The position numbers and the translations under genes were made by a program. Shown here in pieces: positions 8,647 to 17,512 of a DNA stretch of 64,000 nucleotides. The first letter of the stretch is position 1, and every line of letters begins with the position of its first letter. This DNA is from a virus, in the IMG/VR virus record IMGVR_UViG_3300009509_000016. The stretch is one strand, 5' to 3'. The notes below the pieces were generated by a model. It was not told the DNA's origin. It ran no database searches and saw nothing but the letters and a program-made list of their open reading frames with translations.

Positions 8647-9962
8647 AATTCCAAAAATATCTAACAGAAAAATATTGGGGAAGGGTTGAATCTAGATGGA
8701 CAGGCATGAATCTAGAGATTTTTGAGAACCCATCTAAGAAGGAATTTTTAGATGCTGCTGCTATTGGTATAGTCGAGAAGTATGTTAGGTTTATTGCAGA
8801 CCCAAAAAGAAAAAAGGTTTATATATGGAGTGCCAATGCTATTCATGCTGATATGGTTCCAGAGATTTATAATAAATCATATGCCAATGTAATTTTTAAA
8901 GTGCTCCCTGGAACTGCTAAACAACAGGGGGGAAGATGGGTTATAATAGCCACTGATGAAGTTGAAGTTACTCCTGATAGATATAATTGGATCATGCAAC
9001 ATGATTGGTCATGGGCAGATAGATATATTGAAGTTACTCCATGGATAAAAAAACTTCGTATAGGTAAAGCATATGAAAGTAAGCTGGAAAAGTACTTGAC
9101 AGAAAAGTGGGTTCATAGTACAAATATAAAACCTTTTGGAAAGACATTATTTGTTGAAATTTTTCAGAATCCTTCAAAAGCTGAGTATAGAGATGCTGCC
9201 AAGGCAAGTAAAACTGGTATTATTCCTGCCCTGAGAGGAAGACTGGCAACAGGCTTTATTACACCTCAAGGGGATGTATGGCTATGGAGAGGGGATGTAT
9301 GGCACTATGATCTTCCTCAAGATGCACTTAATAAAATAGGAAAAGGTGCAAAAGGATTTCATTTCGGATTTAGTGAGAATGAAGTTTCCTTATATAGTGG
9401 TGAGTTTAAACAAATAACAAAAAAGCTTGCATTAAAATTAGTAGATAGATTGGCCAAGATAGAGCCTAAGCTAAAAACTGCACAAATATTAATAGATGAT
9501 ATGTATCTAGAAGATTTAGAAGGATCAGTAGAAGAAGGCAGAAATATTCCTGGTCACATGGGATCTGGACCGGATGTATGGGATATATTATTAGAGCCAC
9601 AAGATACAGCACCAGAAACAGATGTTAAAGGCAATTACATATTATATCATGGAACAGTTCTTAGCACTGCCAAAGAAATTATAAAGACAAAATTAGTGAA
9701 ACTATCTAAGGGATGGGGAACAGGTGTAACAACAACACCATGGGAAGCAAAAGGCTATGCAGGAATGAAGAGAATAGATGTTGGTGGTCTTAAGACAGGA
9801 GAAAAAGCAGCAGTCCTTCAAATGGTAATAGATAAAGACTGGTTTCATAAACAGGTTATCCAAAGAGAAATTGGTGGACACGGTAAAAACGAATTTTTAA
9901 TAAGAGGGGATATTACACCACAAGCTATTAAGAAGATAAAAATCTGGAGAACCTTTCCATGA
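8643..9962 (+). CDS. Fusion protein: two copies of the paralog domain plus C-terminal H-Y-E-type ADP-ribosyltransferase-like region
   Basis: MKFQKYLTEKYW...FENPSKKEF..; internal second copy ...LEKYLTEKW...FQNPSKAEYRD...VWLWRGDVWHYDL; C-terminal NYILYHGTVLSTAKEII (YHGT as in diphtheria toxin/PARP/Tpt1). Confidence 0.7.
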   Translation: MKFQKYLTEKYWGRVESRWTGMNLEIFENPSKKEFLDAAAIGIVEKYVRFIADPKRKKVYIWSANAIHADMVPEIYNKSYANVIFKVLPGTAKQQGGRWVIIATDEVEVTPDRYNWIMQHDWSWADRYIEVTPWIKKLRIGKAYESKLEKYLTEKWVHSTNIKPFGKTLFVEIFQNPSKAEYRDAAKASKTGIIPALRGRLATGFITPQGDVWLWRGDVWHYDLPQDALNKIGKGAKGFHFGFSENEVSLYSGEFKQITKKLALKLVDRLAKIEPKLKTAQILIDDMYLEDLEGSVEEGRNIPGHMGSGPDVWDILLEPQDTAPETDVKGNYILYHGTVLSTAKEIIKTKLVKLSKGWGTGVTTTPWEAKGYAGMKRIDVGGLKTGEKAAVLQMVIDKDWFHKQVIQREIGGHGKNEFLIRGDITPQAIKKIKIWRTFP

Positions 9963-10456
9963 GATTTGAGCAATATCTAATAGAAACAGCAGTCAAAAAG
10001 CCTATAGTTTATCATGGTTCATATACAGATAATATTAAAAAATTTTCTACCAAGAGAAGATTAACAGAAACAGGTATTAGACATTTTGGTTCTTATTTTA
10101 CGGATTCTAGAGATATGGCAGAGACTTTTGGTAAGTATCTTTATAAAGTTCAATTGCAGTTTACAAAAATTATTGATATGACTAAATGGCCCCCATTGAG
10201 TGCAGATGATAATTTTATTAAATCATTACCAGGATTGAAGCCACAGGAAATAGATAATTATTTAAGATTTGATTATCGTGGGAAAAATTCTCCATATAAT
10301 GTTGTTGAAACTTTAGATGGAAAATATGATATACTGAAACGATGGAAAAAAATGGGGTATGATGGGATTGCCTTCTGGGAAGAACATTTTAGCAAGAAGG
10401 GAATCACTTATGTACCTTTCTTCCAAAGACAAATAGAAATATTGGAAAAATTATGA
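9959..10456 (+). CDS. Putative PARP/DT-like ADP-ribosyltransferase with CTS-like N-terminus
   Basis: MRFEQYLIE...IVYHGSYTDNI...GIRHFGSYFTDSRDMAETFGKYLY resembles the PARP H-G-S ... GIYFAD...Y motifs. Confidence 0.55.
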   Translation: MRFEQYLIETAVKKPIVYHGSYTDNIKKFSTKRRLTETGIRHFGSYFTDSRDMAETFGKYLYKVQLQFTKIIDMTKWPPLSADDNFIKSLPGLKPQEIDNYLRFDYRGKNSPYNVVETLDGKYDILKRWKKMGYDGIAFWEEHFSKKGITYVPFFQRQIEILEKL

Positions 10457-11868
10457 GACTAACAACTTTCCTTATAAATGAAGCAGCAGAAGCATTGAGA
10501 GATTGGAATAAGTACGTTAAGAGGAATAGAATGCTTGCCAGTGCCGTTATAGTACTTAAGAAAATAGCATCTAAGGGCTATAAAGCTTTTATAGTTGGTG
10601 GAGCAGTACGTGATATTGTGCTTGGCAATCAGCCGAAAGATGTAGACATTGCAACCAACATGCCAATGGATGAACTGGCAAAAATATGGAAAGTTGCCGA
10701 TATTGGTAAGTCAAAAGACTTTGGAATTGTCATAATTAAAGAAGGTGGTACTGTATTTGAAGTTGCACAATTTAGACAAGATGGGAAGTATATTGATGGT
10801 AGAAGACCTGAATCAATTCAGATTGCAGGTTCCTTTAAAGAAGATGTATCAAGAAGAGACTTCACCATTAATGCAATGGGCATTGATGCTGATGGCAATA
10901 TCATAGACTATTTTGATGGAAGGAAGGATATTAAAGATAAAGTTCTGAGAACTGTTGGAGATCCTATGAAAAGGTTCTCAGAGGATAAGTTACGAATCAT
11001 GAGAGCAGCACGTTTCTCTGCTCAACATGGTCTTGATATAGAACCTGCTACACAAAAAGCTGCAAAGAAGTTATCTCAGGACATTACTAAACTTCCTATG
11101 GAAAGAATTAAAGATGAGATATTTAAAGCAGCAAAGCTAGAGGGCAGCAGGTTTGCAGTCTATTTGCAAATTTTAGATCAATTTAAAGTATTGAAGTTTA
11201 TCTTACCGGAGTTAGTAACTCTTAAGTGGATTAAACATGCACCAGCACATCATCCAGAAGCACCTACAGTTTGGGGTCATGTGATGGCAGCACTTAAAGC
11301 CAGCAACACAACAGATCCTATAAAGAATCTGGCAATTCTACTTCATGATGTTGGAAAGACAATTACTCAAGGAGTAAAGGCAGGAGTCCCTACTTACTAT
11401 GGTCATGCAGAAGCAGGTGTTAATTTAGTTAATAGTATAGCTGATAGATTGAGAATGTCTAATAAAGAGAGACAGGCACTTCTTTTTGCAGTAGGGAATC
11501 ATATGAAGTTTCATGATCTATTTAAAATGAAACCATCTAAGATTGCCAAATTGGTTAATGATGAAAATTGGGATGTCTTAGTAGCAGTTGGTCAAGCCGA
11601 TGCATGGGCAAGGGGTCCAGAGTTTAAACATTATAAGAAATGGGAAGAGATGATTGACCATGCTATACAAATCAAAAACAAGTGGGGTATTAATCAAGTT
11701 AGCAAGATTAATGCCATTGTTGATGGTAATCAGATTATGAGACTAACAGGACTCAGGCCAGGACCAAAAATCGGAGAGATTAAAAATAAGATCCTGGAAT
11801 GGGTAGTTGATAATAACATCACTGATCAACAAGAGATAGAAAATAAGATCAAAGAATTAGCTTCCTAG
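10453..11868 (+). CDS. cca: CCA-adding tRNA nucleotidyltransferase / poly(A) polymerase family with HD domain, carrying CTS-like N-terminal extension
   Basis: GGAVRDIVLGNQPKDVDIAT class II nucleotidyltransferase head motif; C-terminal HD region (LLHDVGK, GHAEAG); about 30-aa N-terminal extension MRLTTFLINEAAE. Confidence 0.85.
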   Translation: MRLTTFLINEAAEALRDWNKYVKRNRMLASAVIVLKKIASKGYKAFIVGGAVRDIVLGNQPKDVDIATNMPMDELAKIWKVADIGKSKDFGIVIIKEGGTVFEVAQFRQDGKYIDGRRPESIQIAGSFKEDVSRRDFTINAMGIDADGNIIDYFDGRKDIKDKVLRTVGDPMKRFSEDKLRIMRAARFSAQHGLDIEPATQKAAKKLSQDITKLPMERIKDEIFKAAKLEGSRFAVYLQILDQFKVLKFILPELVTLKWIKHAPAHHPEAPTVWGHVMAALKASNTTDPIKNLAILLHDVGKTITQGVKAGVPTYYGHAEAGVNLVNSIADRLRMSNKERQALLFAVGNHMKFHDLFKMKPSKIAKLVNDENWDVLVAVGQADAWARGPEFKHYKKWEEMIDHAIQIKNKWGINQVSKINAIVDGNQIMRLTGLRPGPKIGEIKNKILEWVVDNNITDQQEIENKIKELAS

Positions 11869-11951
11869 TTTACAATCCAAAAAAAATTTGCTAGAATTGT
11901 GGACAAAACCAGATTTTACTATAATGGAATAGTGAAGGGAGACAAATATGT

Positions 11952-12701
11952 ATGATAGAACCTCAAGTGAAGCTTGCTGCTAGGTTGTGGACCAAAGTAG
12001 GATTGAATGTTCTAGATGAGTTTGAATCAAAAAATTGGAAACTTTCTTTTCAGGATATTACGGATACTTTCAATGAAGCCTTTTGGTGTTATGACATTAG
12101 GTTTTTCTTTAGTGAGAGTCCTGCCGATGATGGACTTAGAAGATATGTAGAAGGTGGGCTTTTTCACTATGATGGTCTTATAGAAGTTTTTCTAACCCAA
12201 AAGTTTTATACCTTTCTACAGAAGCTAAGATTCAAAAAAGATTATATGGCTAGGTGGATAAACTTTGGGAAGAATTTATTTCTAGAGGAATATCTTGAAG
12301 TAGTCTCTCATGAACTTCTTCATAGAAAGCAGTGGGAATTGGGAATGAGACATGGAGTAGAAACTGCCAGTAATGGAGAAGAGTCTATAGAACACTTTTC
12401 TGATTATACAGAAATTCAAGCCCATGCCCAAGATACAGCTTTAAATATTTTAATTAATAGATCTCTAATGTCACAGTATTATTATATTGGTTGTTATAAT
12501 GATCTATTCGGTAATGACAGTTCTATCTATAAAACCTTTATGAAGAATCTCCAAAGATTTTTGGGAATGATGATAAAAGATCAAATTCATCTCCTATTCC
12601 AAGAAAGCACTCCTTCACGTAAAACTTCTCAGAATAATATAATCTCATCCTTTTATCAGCTTGATCATCAAAATATTTACACATGTCTGCAATGTCAATG
12701 A
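11952..12701 (+). CDS. Hypothetical protein with HExxH motif (possible SprT-like metallopeptidase)
   Basis: VVSHELLHRKQWELGMRHG; 3' 164 nt overlap the convergent helicase gene, so true stop/extent uncertain. Confidence 0.45.
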   Translation: MIEPQVKLAARLWTKVGLNVLDEFESKNWKLSFQDITDTFNEAFWCYDIRFFFSESPADDGLRRYVEGGLFHYDGLIEVFLTQKFYTFLQKLRFKKDYMARWINFGKNLFLEEYLEVVSHELLHRKQWELGMRHGVETASNGEESIEHFSDYTEIQAHAQDTALNILINRSLMSQYYYIGCYNDLFGNDSSIYKTFMKNLQRFLGMMIKDQIHLLFQESTPSRKTSQNNIISSFYQLDHQNIYTCLQCQ

Positions 12702-14031
12702 TCTGTGCTCCATCTACTTTTTCAATATGCTTACGGAGAGATCTTCCTATTGATTGAAGCACTCTGATCTTGCTCTTAAAAGGTGCTGCCATTATGAGGT
12801 ATTTGAGTGGTGGTATATTGATGCCATGCTGGAATTTTCCATAAGTAGCAATCAGCACCAAGTCCCTTCTTTTAATAGCTTCTTGTCTCCAGAACTCGAC
12901 TTCCTCATTAGTTGAAGTCTTACCTGATATAAATACTACCTCTTTATTAAGATTAGCTTCTTTGAAAATTCTCTTGAGAATTTGCCCCTCAAGGTCCACT
13001 CTACCTACAAGTAGCAGTACTGTTGAATCTATCTGTTCAACAATGTCTGTAAGTAGTTTCATTCGATAGGGATGGTTGAAGATATCATCTCTCACTTCAG
13101 GATAACGTCCACCATATTTTTCATAGTACGGATCATCATAGTCAATATTAATTACATTTACATTGCACTTTGCCACATAGCCCCATTTGGCAAGAAGTTG
13201 TGAGGGATAGTCTTTAATAACAGGACCAAGGTAAGCTTTGACATTCCAGTTGTCCATATATCCTGCATGTAGAGTTCCGGTGAATCCTAGCCTGTATTGT
13301 GCTCTTGTTGCCTTACCTAAAATTTTTCGTATTTGAAAAGCACCTGCTTGGTGTGTCTCGTCTATAATTATTGTATTGTATAGATTTATAAACTTAAGAT
13401 ATTTCTTTTTTGAAAGAGTGTGCCATGTTGATATAACATATGGCTTATCAAATTGCTTTGCTTTTTCCCAAACAGAGCCAATATCTTTTAGATCAATGCC
13501 ATAGTCTTTAAGATCACCAATGAATTGTGTAATTAAATTAGTTGATGGTACTATAACAATCTGTCTTTCACTTATTCTAAAGTCTCTTAGGATCTTCATT
13601 ATATAAGCAATCATCAAGCTTTTCCCACTAGCAGTTGCAGATCTAATTATACCTTTAGTGGTTCTTATTGCACCATCTATACAGTCTTGTTGATAATCAT
13701 ATGGGCAGAGATTGAGATCGAATTTATAGTTTAGAAGTTGCCCTCTGAAAAGTCCTGATACATCAGGATCTACATCTAGTGTATAATGAGACCAATGTTT
13801 TTTGTGGTGTCTCACAACATCCATGAGAAGACCATAAGGCACACTTCTGTTTGGCTTAAGGAACATGGATGCTCTACCATCCCATCCACCTCTCTTAAAT
13901 TGTGGCATGTGATAATAATTAGGCACGAAATCCGATAAGGTTTTATGAAGGTCTTTGAGGTATTTTTCGTCTTCAGTATTTATTTGGATTCGAAGTGGAT
14001 TGGTGTCAAGCTTTTTAATCTGTACTATCAA
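12538..14031 (-). CDS. uvsW: SF2 DNA helicase, UvsW-like
   Basis: Walker A ATASGKSLM, DExH box IIIDETHQ, helicase C-terminal domain; immediately downstream of UvsY-like gene as in T4. Confidence 0.75.
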   Translation of the reverse strand: MIVQIKKLDTNPLRIQINTEDEKYLKDLHKTLSDFVPNYYHMPQFKRGGWDGRASMFLKPNRSVPYGLLMDVVRHHKKHWSHYTLDVDPDVSGLFRGQLLNYKFDLNLCPYDYQQDCIDGAIRTTKGIIRSATASGKSLMIAYIMKILRDFRISERQIVIVPSTNLITQFIGDLKDYGIDLKDIGSVWEKAKQFDKPYVISTWHTLSKKKYLKFINLYNTIIIDETHQAGAFQIRKILGKATRAQYRLGFTGTLHAGYMDNWNVKAYLGPVIKDYPSQLLAKWGYVAKCNVNVINIDYDDPYYEKYGGRYPEVRDDIFNHPYRMKLLTDIVEQIDSTVLLLVGRVDLEGQILKRIFKEANLNKEVVFISGKTSTNEEVEFWRQEAIKRRDLVLIATYGKFQHGINIPPLKYLIMAAPFKSKIRVLQSIGRSLRKHIEKVDGAQIIDIADMCKYFDDQADKRMRLYYSEKFYVKECFLGIGDEFDLLSSFPKIFGDSS

Positions 14032-14032
14032 A

Positions 14033-14479
14033 TTATATGTTTCCTTTTAATGAATCTAGAAAGTTCTTCATATTCCACTGCTGCTTCTCCATTCCAGCAA
14101 CACACATCTTGAAGAACTCTACCTTCAACTTTTGCCTTGCTAAGATTTTTTTCATATGAATTACTTTTGAGTCTTGAGGAATGTAGTAGGCTTTTATCTC
14201 TGTTTTATCTAGTTCTCTATCATCATTGAATCTATAGTAGTTATATCTTTGGCCAATTAATTTTTCTAGCAGTCCTTCTAAGTATTCATATTCAGCTTGT
14301 GCCTTAACTAATAGATCTCTAAATTTCACTACCCAGAAGGTATTGTCTTGTAACTTTTCGGCAATATCTAATTCAGAGAATCTAACCATCTCATCAATTT
14401 GATATTCGTTATACAGTTCTTCTAATATTTTTTCTCTTATTTCTTTTTCTGTTGGTTTTTTATCTTCTGACATATGCAT
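14033..14479 (-). CDS. uvsY: UvsY-like recombination mediator
   Basis: 148 aa; pattern DRELDKTEIKAYY / YNYYRF resembles T4 UvsY DRYEKSEMKTVL / LDYYSG; adjacent to uvsW. Confidence 0.55.
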   Translation of the reverse strand: MHMSEDKKPTEKEIREKILEELYNEYQIDEMVRFSELDIAEKLQDNTFWVVKFRDLLVKAQAEYEYLEGLLEKLIGQRYNYYRFNDDRELDKTEIKAYYIPQDSKVIHMKKILARQKLKVEFFKMCVAGMEKQQWNMKNFLDSLKGNI

Positions 14480-14570
14480 CCTCTTATATATTTATTGCTA
14501 TTTTCCTGCATTATAGCATAAATAAACCCAGAGGTTAACATTTCAGTTCAAATAGTTTATAATCAAAAAT

Positions 14571-14705
14571 ATGACAAAGCAAACTACATGGTGGGAAGAG
14601 TATAATGCTAAATGCCTTGCCTGTAAGAAGAAGTGCAAGCAAAGTGCAAAAGTAAAAGTAGTAGTTTGTCCTCTATATGAACCAAAGGAGAACGGAAAAG
14701 ATTAA
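14571..14705 (+). CDS. Possible 44-aa zinc-ribbon peptide
   Basis: MTKQTTWWEEYNAKCLACKKKCKQSAKVKVVVCP...; TAATG overlap with gp41 start; sigma70-like TTAACA-17-TATAAT upstream but no RBS. Confidence 0.3.
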   Translation: MTKQTTWWEEYNAKCLACKKKCKQSAKVKVVVCPLYEPKENGKD

Positions 14706-16072
14706 TGTCCTTTACAGAAACTATCCTCATCAAGTCCCTATTACTTGATAAAGCTTACCTAGCATCAATAGCAACAGCAGTCGAAACAGCATATTTATCA
14801 TCACCAGCAGCAGCAGATATATATGGAACTGTACTTAACTATTTTAATAGGTATGATGATATACCACCTCAAGATATTATAATAAATGAAATAGAAGATG
14901 TAGAAAGACAGGAACGAGCAAGAGATTTTCTTAATGAGATAAATGCTATTGAGTTTGATGTTGCTAGACAGTATGAATACTTAATAGATAAAACTGATGA
15001 ATGGCTTAGAGAAAAGGCAATGAAGCAAGCCATTCTGAAGTCAGTGGACCTCATAGATGATAAGGACTATGGATCTATTAGGAACAATATAGAATCAGCC
15101 TTGGGCAAGACCATCAAACTCAAGCTAGGCTTAGATTATTTTGGCACACTACGAGAACGAATAAGTAGGATTAGAAAATTTTCTGATAATAGACTTCCTA
15201 CTTACTATCCTATTTTTGATGAATATCTTAATGGTGGTTTTCCACCATATACCCTTTCTATTATAGTTGCTGCTATTCATGGGTTCAAGTCAAATACATT
15301 AGCTAACATTATGGCACGTCAAGTTCTTGCAGGACATACTGTTGCTTTGCTAACTCTTGAAATGTCTGAAGATGCCTTTGCCCAAAGGTTTGATAGCATT
15401 CTCTCTTGTATGGATATCAATAAGATTTATAGAGGGGATGAAAACATACTTAAGCTTTATAGGAAGCTAAAGAGCATTTCCCAGAGAGAGGGTTTGGGGA
15501 AGCTCTACATTAAAGAATTTCCTACTGGTGAAGCTACAGTTCTTGACTACAAGGCTTATATAAGAGAGTTGGGATTGAGAGATGTAAAGCTGGATGCAAT
15601 TTATGTTGACTATATAAATTTAATGAAGCCAAGTTATGGTGGATCTAGACATGATTTATATGTGGATGTCAAAAGGATTGCAGAAGAGCTAAGAGCATTG
15701 GGATTTGTTTTCAACATACCTATTATTTCAGTAAGCCAATTAAACCGTCCAGGTACATTGACAGATTTTAAATCTGTTTCTTTTAGCTATATTGCAGAAA
15801 GTATGGGTATTCCTGCAACAGCAGATTTTATAGCAATCTATGGTGTTGATGAAGATAAACTAGTTTATGAAAATGAGATCCACTATAAGATTGAAAAGAA
15901 TCGTTTAGGTGGACGTGTTGGTGAGGTTGATCAATTTTATTTTGATGCAAGAAGTTTGAAGATGTATGATTCCTCAGAAGAGAATTTGTGGATAGAAGAA
16001 GCTGCACTCTCACATGATCAAAGAAGACTACGTGGAACAGGAGGGAATGGCAATGGACACAATGATGTATAA
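14705..16072 (+). CDS. gp41: Replicative DNA helicase gp41 (DnaB family)
   Basis: KRIAEELRALGFVFNIPIISVSQLNR...IAESMGIPATADFIAIY aligns with T4 gp41 KAIAEELRALAVETE...IAESAGLPATADFMLAV. Confidence 0.9.
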   Translation: MSFTETILIKSLLLDKAYLASIATAVETAYLSSPAAADIYGTVLNYFNRYDDIPPQDIIINEIEDVERQERARDFLNEINAIEFDVARQYEYLIDKTDEWLREKAMKQAILKSVDLIDDKDYGSIRNNIESALGKTIKLKLGLDYFGTLRERISRIRKFSDNRLPTYYPIFDEYLNGGFPPYTLSIIVAAIHGFKSNTLANIMARQVLAGHTVALLTLEMSEDAFAQRFDSILSCMDINKIYRGDENILKLYRKLKSISQREGLGKLYIKEFPTGEATVLDYKAYIRELGLRDVKLDAIYVDYINLMKPSYGGSRHDLYVDVKRIAEELRALGFVFNIPIISVSQLNRPGTLTDFKSVSFSYIAESMGIPATADFIAIYGVDEDKLVYENEIHYKIEKNRLGGRVGEVDQFYFDARSLKMYDSSEENLWIEEAALSHDQRRLRGTGGNGNGHNDV

Positions 16073-16514
16073 AATAGAAGGTATGCCAGGAATCAATGTT
16101 GAACGAATTAGACCCGATGCTTTCATGCCAGAAAAAGCCTACCCAGATGATAGTGGCTATGATATTCGTATCCCTCAAGGTTTACAATTCCATGTAAATG
16201 AGTTAAAATTAGTAGAAATAGGAATAAGAATAGAACTTCCTAGAGGATGGGAATGTCAAGTTAGATCTAGATCCAGTTTACCTCTTAAGCATGGTTTGAT
16301 CTTTGCTTTAGGTGTTGGAACTATAGATAGTGGATATAGAGGGGAAATAAAAGTACCCCTTCTTAATATCAGTGATATGCCTGTTCAGCTTGAAAGAGGA
16401 ACAGCAGTTGTTCAGCTAGTTTTCCATAAGCTGGATAATATGTATATAAGGGAAGCACCTGTTTCTCTTGATACTGAAAGGGGAGAAGGAGGTTTTGGAA
16501 GTACAGGCTTATGA
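16053..16514 (+). CDS. dut: dUTPase
   Basis: GYDIRIP..., GVGTIDSGYRGEIKVPLLN dUTPase motifs; AGGAGGG RBS 8 nt upstream of ATG 16053 (track ORF starts 16014, overlapping gp41). Confidence 0.8.
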   Translation: MDTMMYKIEGMPGINVERIRPDAFMPEKAYPDDSGYDIRIPQGLQFHVNELKLVEIGIRIELPRGWECQVRSRSSLPLKHGLIFALGVGTIDSGYRGEIKVPLLNISDMPVQLERGTAVVQLVFHKLDNMYIREAPVSLDTERGEGGFGSTGL

Positions 16515-16717
16515 TTAGATGGATGTTACAAATAACAGTGATGTTGATAGATATAGGACTTGTGGTTTTATGTTATTTCACTTTACGTGATCTTCCTCTG
16601 TGGTTTAGTATTCCTTTTATTTACCTTGTTTATAAAGCTTGGAAAGATCAAGGTGGTGCAATAGCATGGACACATAGAAAGGAATTTATGGAGAATGCCA
16701 AACGACTTGGCCTATGA
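16511..16717 (+). CDS. Small membrane protein (68 aa)
   Basis: ATGA overlap with dut stop; two hydrophobic helices. Confidence 0.45.
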   Translation: MIRWMLQITVMLIDIGLVVLCYFTLRDLPLWFSIPFIYLVYKAWKDQGGAIAWTHRKEFMENAKRLGL

Positions 16718-16895
16718 AATGCTGAAACAGATGCAGCAGATGAATCTTCACCAGGATACAGGACCGTTTAGAGGAATAGGTGACCTCATTAATTTTATAG
16801 GTTTGATTGTTGTTGGTGGTTTTATATTACTTTGGTTTTTAAGAAAAGCTGTGATGGGGGTTATTGAATATGTCAGAGAGAAAAGAATTAAATAG
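16695..16895 (+). CDS. Small membrane protein (66 aa)
   Basis: C-terminal TM LIVVGGFILLWFL; overlaps neighbours. Confidence 0.4.
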   Translation: MPNDLAYEMLKQMQQMNLHQDTGPFRGIGDLINFIGLIVVGGFILLWFLRKAVMGVIEYVREKRIK

Positions 16896-17511
16896 GTATA
16901 TTGTATTTGAAGGTAATGATGGTAGTGGAAAAACAACTATAGCAGAAACAATTGCTCAAAAGCTTAGGGGAGATGTTGTTTATACCAAAGAGCCAGGATC
17001 ACCACACTTGAAATTCTGTAAAGATGTACGTCAATTAATCATCCATGGTAAAGAACAGAATTTGGATGATATCACATATGCCCACCTTTTTTATGCAGAT
17101 GCACATGAAAATTTAAGACAGATAGTAGAACCTTCACTGAAAGCAGGTAAGTGGGTTGTAAGTGATAGATCTGTCCTAAGTAATTTGGCATATTGGCCCA
17201 TCAATGTACAGTATGTTCACTTAAAACATCATGATTGGTTTGCAGATTTAAACCCACTGATTTTTTATTTATATGTAACACCGGAAGAATGTTTACGAAG
17301 AATTACAAGTAGAGCTAAAGAAATGAATGAATTTGAAAAGTCACATGTAGTAGATAAGCTTGAAACAATACATTGGAGATATGAGAATTTAGTTCTTGAT
17401 GAAATACTGTCAAAGGAACTTACCTATCATCAAATTAATAACATGAGACCCATTGAGGATGTTATTGATGTTGTATGGGGTTTAATAATCTCTAACTATA
17501 AGGAGGTATGA
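16864..17511 (+). CDS. tmk: Thymidylate kinase
   Basis: P-loop FEGNDGSGKTT and LSDRSVLSNLAY match dTMP kinase signature. Confidence 0.85.
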   Translation: MNMSERKELNRYIVFEGNDGSGKTTIAETIAQKLRGDVVYTKEPGSPHLKFCKDVRQLIIHGKEQNLDDITYAHLFYADAHENLRQIVEPSLKAGKWVVSDRSVLSNLAYWPINVQYVHLKHHDWFADLNPLIFYLYVTPEECLRRITSRAKEMNEFEKSHVVDKLETIHWRYENLVLDEILSKELTYHQINNMRPIEDVIDVVWGLIISNYKEV

Positions 17512-17512
17512 A

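Noticed and set aside
9290-9300. RGD tripeptide in the paralog domain (WRGDV)
   Set aside because: This is a conserved core of the domain (W-R-G-[DE]-V-L-H), not a meaningful integrin-binding motif in a bacteriophage context.
14521-14570. Sigma70-like promoter TTAACA-17-TATAAT upstream of gp41
   Set aside because: Plausible as a T4-style early promoter, but such hexamers are frequent by chance in AT-rich DNA. It is kept only as a note in the small-ORF feature.
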